A DNA stretch of 63,936 nucleotides, counting the filler, from Olpidium bornovanus S191 (taxonomy: Eukaryota; Fungi; Olpidiomycota): the NCBI GenBank assembly GCA_017911155.1. It is 25 parts of 25 records of this genome, joined end to end, with 100 filler letters (N's around TTAATTAATTAA, not from the genome) between each part and the next. Parts side by side here need not be neighbours in the genome. Positions count along the whole stretch, not along the records: positions 26,122 to 29,417 come from JAEFCI010009412.1; positions 29,518 to 31,200 come from JAEFCI010004426.1; positions 31,301 to 32,374 come from JAEFCI010005072.1; positions 32,475 to 34,152 come from JAEFCI010001717.1; positions 34,253 to 36,372 come from JAEFCI010008762.1; positions 36,473 to 40,641 come from JAEFCI010010187.1; 19 more parts are not named here. One strand, written 5' to 3'. Under the pieces are notes generated by a model. The model searched no databases and was not told the origin of the DNA. It saw only the letters and a list, made by a program, of their open reading frames with translations. This document shows, piece after piece, positions 26,339 to 37,013 of the stretch. Numbering within the stretch: the first letter of the stretch is position 1; every line of letters begins with the position of its first letter. The position numbers were made by a program, and so were the translations under genes.

Positions 26339-28393
26339 TCACAAAAGTGTGGTTGTCGCCAACTGCCGCGCCACTCCAGCCGAAGAATCGTCAGATTCAA
26401 GGCCCTGTTTGAAGCCGTTGGCACCGCTTTCGGGCCTCGTGTCATCATCGCCCGAAGGCTCTGCGTGCCTGGAATGCTCTTCATTGACCAAAGGCTCAGA
26501 GCGCCAAGCATCCGGCGCAAATCTGAGGCCCCTTGCAGTGATAAAGGACCACAAGCGCGTGGGAACGGCGTGCGCCATGGTGACCCGTCCGTCATGCCCT
26601 TCCGGGAAGTCGAGGACGCCGGTCCCATGAGGCTCCATGTTGGCGAAGAAAAACAGCATGTTATTTTCCAACCGAAAGCAGATGCAGTGCCCAGGCAAAA
26701 TGAACTCGCCCCCGATAATCCCCGGCTGCTCCATGCAAAACGCCAGGCACAAATGATTGGCATCATGGTCTATGTGGATTCGCGGCTCGAAACGCACAAA
26801 ACCAATGTCAAAATATGACCCCAACTGTCCCCCACAAAAAAAACAAGCGCACACACCGCACACACTTGGTAATTATACGTCGCCCACATCGGCGGCGACG
26901 CATCCGGGAAAACATTATGGAAGGCAGCAAGTTTGTCGCTCAGGCACGGATTATGCGCCTCCACATGCGCCAAGAACTTCTTTGCCAGACCATGCTGCGC
27001 AGAACAGTTGGCTCGCATCGTCAGGCCTGCAGGCTCCCTCCGCAGCGCCGGTTTTGCCAAATAGTTGTGCAATTCGCCCCCCCCACGAGGGCTCGCAAGC
27101 CCAAAACCGGCTATCTGGCCGCCGGTCCGCCCTCCCGCAAGATGTTGTCGCATCCGGCTCTGACTGACCCCCATCTGCGTCTCCATCAAGATTTTGCACT
27201 TGTGGAGCCAGCGGTTAACCGTTGTTGCCGACGCAAAATCGCGGCAAAATCCGCCGATGACGGCCATGGTCTCCTCGTTGAATACCCAGCACTCGCGCAT
27301 ATGCCTTGTCGGATTGATGTTTTCCAGGCTCGAAATGTCTAATAACTCGTCCGACACTGGCGTAAGTGACGCATCCAAGCTCAACATAAACTTGCCCAGG
27401 CACAAATCGGCAAGATCCTGATGTCAAGGAAGGATGAAGCAGACCAGAGCTCCGCGACAACGGCTTTCCGGCGTTTTCGGCCGACCCGGGCGCGCTCGAC
27501 GGCCCCAGGCAGCAGAGATACGCGGAAAGCGGGCTTTCCGCGTGCCAATTTGGCTTCCCAGCAAAGTGCACGCCTGCCGCTCGGAGGGCCATGCAAAAAG
27601 CGTTTCGGCCGTTGTTTGCAGGCCTTCGCGGTCAGCCAGAAGCACTTCCAGCGCCCCAGGCACGGCAATGCCCTCCAACAGCGTCATAACAGCCTGCGCG
27701 CATGCACGAAGCCGAAGCGTGAACAGGCTTAGCTTGCTCCCTTCCGAACAAAACGCGCCTCTCCCGAGCTGAACGCAGCGCTATGACGCTGCCCCCACGG
27801 CGTCCCGCAGAGACGCCTCGACGCTTGGGCACCCAGCCATGCACCAGGCGGACACCGTTGCACTGGCTGCCCGATAATGCCACAGACTAAGGCATACTGC
27901 GCGGTGGCTGTCCGCCAGCAGCCCTCGTCCGTGCGTACCTCAGGAAGTCACCAGGCAGCGGGCCGTCCGGACACACAGGGCGCACCAAGGCCAAGAAGCA
28001 TGCGCATCCACCACGCGTGCCGCCATGCGCCGACTAAACGCCGTTGCACTAGCTACCCGATAATACCACGGACTAAGGCATACTGTGCGGTGGCCTTCCG
28101 CCAGCAGCCCTCGTCCGTGCGTACTTCAGGAAGTCACTAGGCAGCGGGCCCATTCACCACATGGGTCACGCGTGAAGACGGCGGAAATGCGTGCCCGAAG
28201 CACGAAAAAGCGTGCGCGCAGCACGAAAAAGCGTGCGCAAACAAAGGGAAGCAATGGGCAGGACAGACGCAGGACGTCTCACCTCCAGCTTGACGCGCAG
28301 GCCGCGCCGCGTGTTATCGGCCTTCCAGTCCTCCGCGACCTCCCAGTACCCGCGCACAGACGCGATTGCAGCGTCCGCTGCGCCTGACGCCAT
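26339..28393 (-). pseudogene. TET/JBP-like 2OG-Fe(II) dioxygenase gene, paralogue 1 (complete span, one in-frame TGA)
   Basis: Model: exons 28393-28283, 27693-26866 and 26824-26339. HID at 26776-26768, GGEFILP, HGT at 26629, RVT at 26587. TGA at 27426-27424. Confidence 0.75.
27870..28150. repeat. Two ~95-bp direct repeats in intron 1 of paralogue 1
   Basis: 27870-27964 and 28056-28150 are near-identical. Confidence 0.9.
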
Positions 28394-29003
28394 GGTGTCA
28401 CGACGGCCTCGCCCGTTCTCTTTCTTTTTTTTGGCCTTCCCTTCTTTCCGCTTGTTTCGTTTTGTTTTTTTTATCCCCGTTTTCGCCGAGCGCCATCGGG
28501 AACCGCCCTTTTATGCTTGCCAAGAATTAGACTTCGACCCCGGGCGGCGTTAAAATTTCCAAAACATTGGCCGGCCCGTCAACCTCACTCGTTTACGCTT
28601 CCAACGCGTCCCTTTTTCTTGCCCTTAACTTCCCGTTCCGGGAAGTGGGGGGGGGGTGTCACAATGGCAGGCGCTGCGGCGCCTAACAGCCTCGATACAC
28701 CCACGCCCTTTGCGGGGTGCGCACTGTTCTTGCCATCACTGTGCGCGCCGTTCTTGTCATTCTCGATAACGGCGCCCGCATCCACGCCGCGCACAAAAAG
28801 GCCCGAGGGAAGCCCCGCATGGGGCTCTGGCCAATGGAAATAGTCGGCACCGACTCTGCGGCCAATAAGTGCAGAGACGAAACGCCCCGGGCGTAACGAG
28901 ACACCCATGCGTAACGAGACGCCCATGCACAACACGGCGCACGAGAACCACGCAAGGGTACATTGAAACACGACGAAGTCTGAGCGCCAAGACCCGTAAT
29001 CCA

Positions 29004-29143
29004 GCAAGGCTTGTCTACGGCGTATATAAGCCGTAGTCGAGCAAGGCTTGTCTACGGCGTATATAAGCCGTAGTCGAGCAAGGCTTGTCTACGGCGTATA
29101 TAAGCCGTAGTCGAGCAAGGCTTGTCTATGGCGTATATAAGCC
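29004..29143. repeat. 37-bp tandem array (3.8 copies) with an internal hairpin
   Basis: Unit GCAAGGCTTGTCTACGGCGTATATAAGCCGTAGTCGA; CTACGGC/GCCGTAG stem with loop GTATATAA. Confidence 0.95.
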
Positions 29144-31425
29144 TGTATACATCGTAATCAACGTTGAAGGGCACAGAACTTTCCCCGAACCCGCGCTCCC
29201 GAACCCCTCGATCCAGATCTAGCCAGAAATCCCACAAGTCCCCCGAATCTGTTCCTCGATAGCACTTTTCTGTGCGTAGCAGATAATAGACTTGTTACAT
29301 GCAGCAAGGTTCAAGTCTCTTTATTGCGACGTCAGGTCCGGGTGCTACAGGTATGGTGACGTGCTAGCAAGTAAGAAAGAAGAACTGTGAACTGGGGAAT
29401 TGGGGGTCAGTGAGGAGNNNNNNNNNNNNNNNNNNNNNNNNNNNNNNNNNNNNNNNNNNNNTTAATTAATTAANNNNNNNNNNNNNNNNNNNNNNNNNNN
29501 NNNNNNNNNNNNNNNNNTAACGAGCAGCAATCCTATATAAATTGCTTGTAACTGGTAATGTGCTGATCTCGGTACCACGTGCGACGTTTGCAAGCGGAAG
29601 CAAGGCGGTGCTTCTGACAAATGATATCGCCGTCCATGCTCCTGCAAGCACGCGTCGATCCAAATCCGCGCAGCCGGGTAAGACACCATGGCGAGCACTA
29701 TCGCCACGCGTGACGACGCAAAACCCGAACTGCAGTTCCCTACGCTGGGCGGTCGACACTAACTTGGTGCCAGCGAGGCGCGTGTGGGACATGATAATTC
29801 AGGCGCCGTTCGGAGACGGTGTAACGCTGTGCGCCGGCGCCGCCTTATCCGCTTGGAGTTTAGCCCGCGCAGCAATCAAGCGGCGCTGACGCTATCTGGA
29901 CGGAGACCTGCTCGTCTGCTGTGTTCCCACGTGGACAAGCTTCCGCGCCTCTTCGGCGACGCCGCCAGACGCCGCGCGGCGCCGCCTTCTCCGCCTTGGC
30001 CGATTTCTATATTCTTGGCAGGCGAGCATCAGCGGACATCCACCTTTGGGGGTATTCGTTCCCGAAAGCTTTGCTAACCAAGCGCCTTCGAAAGCCATGC
30101 TTTTTCTTCTCCGAAAGCTTTCGCCCACCCGAACAAGAAACACTTTGAGAAAGCCGGGCTGCTGGGCAGACGTTGGAATAAACCGGCACAGGACAGCCTC
30201 AACGGACCTACGACGCCGCGTTAAATTGCAACGCCGACCCAGTTACTTCGTCAAAAGTTGTCACAGAAGCGCCTGGAGGATAAGCTCCGGCTACCGAAAT
30301 ACTCGGCGGGCCATCGCACTCTCCCCGCGATCGCTCACCTGCGTTTGGCCGGCCAAATGACGTCGGCAGATGAGTCCTCGTTAGCATTCTGCATGTTATT
30401 CCGCTCAGCCACGGAAGGTATACTTTTCGGCTTTTTTGTCGTGCACGTTCGGTCAAGGCACTTTCGGCAGCGGCATCGTTGTTGTCCCCGTCACATCCGT
30501 CTGCTCCTGCCGCCGGTCCCGTGCGCGCCTTGCCGTTTCTCGTCACATGAAGCTCGGGCGGCCCGTCTCCTGCGGAAGCTGGCCCCGTTGCCGACGACCA
30601 GTGCCGTTACCTTGGCTCCGACGCATCCTTCATCTCCAACATCTTCAATGTATTGGCGTATCTCTGCCGCCGGCTGGTTGTGCCTCCGTGCGGGCGGCTG
30701 GGCTGCAGTATATCAATGGGTGCCCAAACGACGCAGCGGCCCCAGTTGCCGTCGAAACCGGGGCGAGGCCAATGCAACGTGATACTCACGCGTAAACGAT
30801 GAGTGTCCCGTTGGCGGCAATCGACGCGTGAAACCCCCCTGCCCCTTGGCCCCAGTCGGCGCTTCCGACAAGGCAACAGTCTCCGCTGCAGATGCGGATC
30901 CCCATGCGAGGACAGAGTCCCTGTGCGTACAAACAGCGCCTCTTCGTGATAAATCGGTCCTCGTCTTTTTCGTTTGCCTCGGGGCGGGCGCCAGTGAAAC
31001 AGGGTTCTCCCGACCGGACATCTGCGCCCAACCGCTTCTGTGTGGGACACAGCCTGGAGAGCGGCAGGGAAGCGTGCCTTGCGTCGAAAAAAGAAGAATT
31101 TGTGCAAAAATTTTCGGGAGCTTTTGGGTTCTTTGACTGGGAAGAACACGGACGTAACGACTTCAGAAAACGGAACATACAGAATTTGAAAAGGGCATGA
31201 NNNNNNNNNNNNNNNNNNNNNNNNNNNNNNNNNNNNNNNNNNNNTTAATTAATTAANNNNNNNNNNNNNNNNNNNNNNNNNNNNNNNNNNNNNNNNNNNN
31301 CAAAATGCGGGGGGCCGGTTGGACGTCAAAGCGAAGCGGGGTTTGGGAATGCAGTCTCTGGGCAAAAATTTTCTTCGCGAAGTGGGTGGTCGGGGGGGGG
31401 GGGTATATCGGAAAATTCCTTTTGT

Positions 31426-32278
31426 CTATTCGACGCACTTGTCGGCCTGATTCGCCCTTGGCCGCGGGGGCCTAAAATAGCAGACGACGCCCGGCAGCAC
31501 AAAGCTTATGGCGAAGAGGACGGCGAAGCAGGCCACGAGGGCGGCGGAGCCCTCGGCGCCGTTGGCAAAGCTCGTGACCGCCTCGACCAGGATCATGCCA
31601 TTGATCGCGGTGCAGACGATGACGAACAAGATCGGCAGGGCGATAGGAGCCTTGAACGGGCGCGGCGCGTCCGGCCTCTTCCACCGGAGGCGGACGAGAG
31701 CCAAGTTGGAGGCGATGTAGTGGGAGAAGAGGCTGAACACCGACGCCGTCGCCAGCGCGGTGAAGTCCGGGAAGCACAGCATGATGGCGACCGAGATCAC
31801 GGCGTTGAGGAGGAGCGCGTAGACCGGGGTGCCCCGGGACGAGACCTTGGAGAACACCTTGGGCATCCAGGAGTTCTCCTCGGCGGCGGCCATGATGAGG
31901 CGCGAGTGGCCAATACAGGCTCCGTTCGAGGCGCCGAAAGCCGAGAGCATGACGCCGATGGCCGTCAAGCAGGCGCCCGCGAACCCGAGGACTTCCGCCC
32001 CGACGAGCTTTTTTTTCCACGGAATTTTGGCGTGACAACACGACAAGTTAGCCGCAAGGCCGACATTCTGAAAATTTGCGCGCGCGCGGCCGCTCATCGC
32101 GGTCGCACGGAGGACAAAAGAAAAAAAAAAGGGTCTCACCATCGCAATCGCATTACCGGCGGTAATCACATCAGTAGTCAGGACTGCCATGTACGAAACG
32201 TTGATCAAGGCGTAGAAGACAATCACAACACCCAACGCTATCCCAATGGCGAGCGGGAGATTTCTCCGCGGATTCTTC
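31426..32278 (-). CDS. APC/LAT-family amino acid permease, C-terminal part
   Basis: KNPRRNLPLAI, SAFGASNG...SRLIMAAAEE...PKVFSKV...GTPVYALLL, LRWKRPDAPRPFKAP. Confidence 0.9.
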
Positions 32279-32474
32279 CTGACATATAAAACAAAGCGCG
32301 ACCCGCACTCAAATTAGAAACGGTCACTGGCCAAGGGACTCGCGCGGTTTTGACCGCGAGAAGGAAAAAGGGGGNNNNNNNNNNNNNNNNNNNNNNNNNN
32401 NNNNNNNNNNNNNNNNNNTTAATTAATTAANNNNNNNNNNNNNNNNNNNNNNNNNNNNNNNNNNNNNNNNNNNN

Positions 32475-33378
32475 CCATCGTCGCCTCGTCGAAGATCCGA
32501 CACTCGCGGATGCGGCGCCCAGGGCCGAGGTTCATCAAGCCTTCCAGAGCGACGCAGTTAGCCGACGGCGGGGTGCCGGGCAAGCCTAACATGAATTTTC
32601 CCAGGCACCGGGAATGAACAGCGGCATTGTGCGAAAGAACAGAACACACTGGAGGCCCTTGCCGACGCGTAACAGGCCCCACACACCCTTGGAAAACATT
32701 CTGCATGATGGCCCAGCAGGGCGCCAAGACTTGCCCAGACAGGGTGCTCAGGTGGCCACCCGACGGGCGCCTCAGCCCAAGCTTGCAACCCTTCACGGTC
32801 GGCAAGGAGGGCCTCGAGAGCCAGGGGCAGTGTGACGCCCTCCAAGACTTGAAAGAGGATCTGTGCGTGCGACGTGTTTAAAAAATTAACTTCCGTGCCA
32901 AAGGCAAATCGGGCACTGGGGTTGCGAGTTGGCCATGACAGCCCACGCCGCCCTTCCAACAAAGCTTGCAGACCATACCCCGGGCTTAGCCCCTCGCGCG
33001 GTGGCCAGCCGCTGAAGGCCCGCGCCCGAGTGTAAGCTGCTGCGCTCCGTCTTCCTGACACGTGAGCTCGTCGGAGGGTTGACGTCGACCCTTTGGTGGA
33101 GTTCTCAGACCATACCACGGGCTTAGCCCTCCGCGCAGTGGCCAACCGCCAAAGGCACGCCCCCCTGCGTAAGATGACGCCCTCCCCCATCAGGACGTGT
33201 CGCCCCTCACAGACGCAGGCAGAGCACCCATGCCGACGACAAGGTCACGCACCTCAATCTTAACCTGCAAGCCTTTGCGGGCGTTGTCTGACCACCAGGT
33301 ATCCGCGACATTCCGATACTCGTTCACGGCCCGAGTCGCCGCTGTGATGGCAGTAGGAAGCTCTGGCCGCAGCGCCAT
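32475..33378 (-). pseudogene. TET/JBP-like family paralogue 2 (N-terminal part, frameshifted, truncated)
   Basis: Exon 1 33378-33253 (...WWSDNARKGLQVKIE|gt). Exon 2 from 32860 (ILFQVLEGVTLPLALEALLADREG...CLGKFML...RECRIFDEATM). About 35 nt deleted relative to paralogue 3 near 32670. Confidence 0.75.
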
Positions 33379-33574
33379 GTTTTTTTTGCCCTTCATTTTT
33401 CGTCTTTCTTCCTTTTTTTCCCGAGGATGATTTTTTTTCTTGGAGGGTGGCCAGGGCCCACCTTTTATGTTTGCCAAGCTGTCGGAAGTTTGTTTTGGCT
33501 TTGGTGCAGCTGTCTGCCAGCGCACATCTGTCGTGCGGATTCCATCCCGGCTTTCCTGCCAAAAGCTTGCACAC

Positions 33575-33965
33575 ACAACTTTTCATGCGACACACTTTTC
33601 CCGACACAACTTTTGCCGACCCAACTTTCCGCGACACAGACACACTTTTTCCGACACAATCTTTCCCGACACAGTTTTCTCGACACAGTTTTTCCGACAC
33701 ACTTTTCCCGACACATTTTTCTTGACACACTTTTCTTGACACCCTTTTGCCGACACAATTCTCCCGACACACTTTTCCCGACACACTTTTCCCGACACAC
33801 TTTTCCTGACACACTTTTCCCGGGGCACTTCTTCCGACACGTTTCCCCACACGTTTCCGCGTCACAACTTCTCAGCACACCTTTCCCGCCACACTTTTTC
33901 CGTCCCAACTCCGCACGATATCTTTCCCCTCATGATTTTCCTGCATAACTTCTCCTCACAACTTT
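33575..33965. repeat. Degenerate ~14-bp minisatellite (CCGACACACTTTTC)n
   Basis: More than 20 imperfect units, starting about 200 bp upstream of the paralogue 2 ATG. Confidence 0.9.
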
Positions 33966-34252
33966 CTGTTTCGGAAAGTGGGGGAGGGGTGTTGCAGGCA
34001 CACAGAGGGGGTGCGTGCAGGCATATGGAGGGGTGGTTTTGCAGCATACGGAAGGGGGTGTCGCAGGCTTACAGATATCGCGAAGATACGGGCACGTGCA
34101 CACAAGAGTGTGTTGATAGACACACGGTGGCCTGTGTGGCCGGTGTGGCCGGNNNNNNNNNNNNNNNNNNNNNNNNNNNNNNNNNNNNNNNNNNNNTTAA
34201 TTAATTAANNNNNNNNNNNNNNNNNNNNNNNNNNNNNNNNNNNNNNNNNNNN

Positions 34253-35465
34253 CATGTCCGTCATAAAGCCGCAGTCCAGCGGAGTACCGCTGAACGCGGT
34301 TCCGGGCAGGACGAGCTGCGGCGCGTGAAACGGGACGTCAATGAAGTCGGGGAACAGAATGGCCGCGGTGTCGTCAGAGGACACCTGGTTGACGAGAGCT
34401 TCCGTAACTCCGGCGGCCGCAGGTAGCACGGGATCGACATCCGCTGCGGGGACATCGGAGTGACCGGCAAGAAAACGCGGGCTTCTTGTGAGGCGAGTAC
34501 TCAACTGTGACGGACGCGACGATCAAATCTTCACTTGCGAGGCATTTTGAGAACGTGGTTATTCGTCTCGGTAGGGCGGACTCGAAGAGCGGCAAAGCCG
34601 TCGTAACGATGCCCTGTGAGGACGAAGGTGACTGCTCTGGGCGATCTCGCAGACTTCGCCCTCCCGGCCAGTGCACCCGACGGCGCGCGATTCCAAACGA
34701 GGGGTGTCGATTTCGACAGGCTGCACGCTCGCTCTTCATCCGCTGCTGCCGCAGGACGCCACCGGGCGGGGTGGGTCCGTCGTGCCGGTCCTTGTGACCG
34801 GGGAGAACGAGGGGGAGTGAGGGTGATCGTCGCGGCAGTGCCGAGTCTGGCACAGTATGGCGGTCTCTCCTGTCGGACGAACGCTGCTGGTTCGCCGAGA
34901 TCGATTCCGGCCGGCCCGCGGCCGCCGTCGTGCTTCCCGACCAAGGTCGTGCCGTCGCAAAACCATCTCGTTTCGAGGAGCTGGTCGACCTCTACGGCGG
35001 CGGCGCCGGCGTCCGGCAAGCAGAGCATGGGCGCCTCGGCGTCGTTGGTTTCGCCGTCGAACATTCCGCACGCACGGGCGGGCCCTGGAGCGGGCGGCGG
35101 AGGGGCCCACCGCCGCACCGCGGCAGGCGGCTGGACGGGCCCCAAAGCGTCGGTTAACGCTTTCAGCTGCGCGGCGAGCGCGTCGCACTTGCCGGCGAGG
35201 ACGGCGTTCTGCAGCTCCGCGACGCGGAGATGCGCGGCCAGCCCCTCGTTGTCGCGAGTGAGCCGCGCGACGGTGCCTTCCAGCTCCGTGACGTAGCGCC
35301 GCTTCTTTGCACGCGACTCGTGCGCCGCGGCGCGGTTGCGCACTTTTCTCTGCTCCAAGGTGCTCAGCTGCTGCTGCTGCTGCCGTTGCCTGGCGGGCGC
35401 CGTTCCACGCGCGCGCGACGGGACGGTGTTGCCGGAGAAACTTTTGCATCGTCCGGCCACACCGC
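34253..35465 (-). CDS. HAC1: Hac1/XBP1-type bZIP transcription factor; partial at both ends
   Basis: Basic region RKVRNRAAAHESRAKKRRYVTELE plus leucine zipper, and EPAA at an IRE1-type stem-loop. A probable upstream exon starts at 35864; its junction is unresolved. Confidence 0.85.
34447..34886 (-). other. Predicted IRE1-cleaved non-canonical intron (440 nt)
   Basis: 5' hairpin has loop CAG^CAGC (34889-34883); 3' hairpin has loop CCG^CAGC (34449-34443). Both cuts fall after the first base of a codon, in different frames. Confidence 0.8.
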
Positions 35466-35896
35466 CTGAAGGTGTTGCGTCGGTAAAGCTTTTTTTTTCG
35501 CGCGAACGGAACACGCGGAAAAAGGGGCGGGGCGGGGTGGGGGGAAAGAGAGGGGGAGGATACGCGAGTTACGAAACGGCAGAAACGCGGCGGGTGGGAG
35601 AGGAGAACGCCGGATAAGGGGGTTTGTGGGCGAAAGGCGGCTGCGCGCGGATCCTGGCAGCTCGGGGGAGGGGCGCAGCAGACTCACGGCGGGGTGCGTT
35701 TCATCCCGGCAGGCAGGACACCGGCGGCCGCCGACGGCGCTGACGCGGCGCCGCTGACCTCCGCCGGGCGCGGCAGCGCAAGGGACGCGCCCCGCGCCGA
35801 CGCGGGGGGGCCGTCGGCGGCGTCGGCGGCGGCGCTGGCGAGAGGCAGGAGGGCAGCGGCGTCCATCGGGGGGCCTCCTGTTGAAGCCGGGGGGGG

Positions 35897-35930
<34 letters not shown>

Positions 35931-36087
35931 GTTTGTGGGAGGCGAAGTGAGGGAAGAAGCGGTTGTGGCGTGCGGCCTCCCTTCCTCGCGAGAAGAAAAT
36001 TTAAAAAGAGTTTACAGATTTTAGTTAATACCAATTCACACGAACTCAAAGGCAACAAACTCAAGCAAAAAAAAATAATAATTAGTA

Positions 36088-36157
36088 CTGGCAGTAAGGA
36101 TTGAACCGATGACCTAGAGTGTAACGTGCAAATTACTAGCCGTTTAGCTACGCGGTT
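36088..36157 (-). pseudogene. Degenerate tRNA-like sequence (tRNA pseudogene or SINE head)
   Basis: A-box-like TAGCTAAACGG, B-box GGTTCAATCC and a downstream T9 run. The acceptor and anticodon stems do not pair. Confidence 0.4.
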
Positions 36158-37013
36158 TGGAACTGAAGTACTAGCACCACAGCAGGTTTATATAGTGCTA
36201 GCAGCTCTCAATGTTCCGGACAAGCTTGGTGCCGCTCCTGTGGTGCGCAGCGCGCTCTTGACGCTCCTGTTGCCGGTCTTGATGTTCCTGATGTGCTTAA
36301 TGACGCTCTCAACGTTCCGGACGTGCTCAATGCCGCTCTCGATGCTCTTGACGTGCTCAGTGTCGCTCATGANNNNNNNNNNNNNNNNNNNNNNNNNNNN
36401 NNNNNNNNNNNNNNNNTTAATTAATTAANNNNNNNNNNNNNNNNNNNNNNNNNNNNNNNNNNNNNNNNNNNNCATGGTTAAAGCGGCTAGCCTAAAAGAT
36501 TCCAGGGAGAGAGGGGGTACACGGGTGTGTTACATCATCTCACTCGTTGGAAACCGTCAGTATCTTGGAGTTATTCGCTCGCAGGTACCGTTCGAGTTTT
36601 AAAATTTCATATAAAACATTCTGACTACGTGAACTCAGAACAACAATCCTTGCAACACTGTTCTTTATCATCATCGGCTCAACTATCTGTTTCACATCCA
36701 AGCTGTGTACTGTAGTCTGCACAGCGATCTCCATCTTAAGAACTGCATCTATAATCAGCGGTGTCGCACGTTTGTGATTGCCACCAGCACACTGAGAAAA
36801 ACAATTGCTTTAGCTAGGACCATGATGCGTGTATAACTATTTCGTGCTCGTGCTCGTATGGTCTCGGGAAAGTAAAGGTCTTCTTTTATATCATTATAGA
36901 GCACAGATCTGGAGTGGGGGAACAAAAAAGTGCTAACACTCGGATTAATAGCTCTACTCAACGTTTGACTGTATTCCAACATGACGGACGCGACATCCGG
37001 AGTGTTTTATAAC

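Noticed and set aside
29004-29143. CRISPR array (37-bp palindromic repeats)
   Set aside because: The units are head-to-tail with no spacers, there are no cas genes, and the context is eukaryotic.
29518-31200. Possible gene on this contig
   Set aside because: No recognisable motif or consistent exon chain.
34741-34840. Nearer IRE1 3' sites (CUG^CCGC, CUG^CGGC, CAG^CAGC)
   Set aside because: They have no convincing stems, and all would give in-frame deletions.
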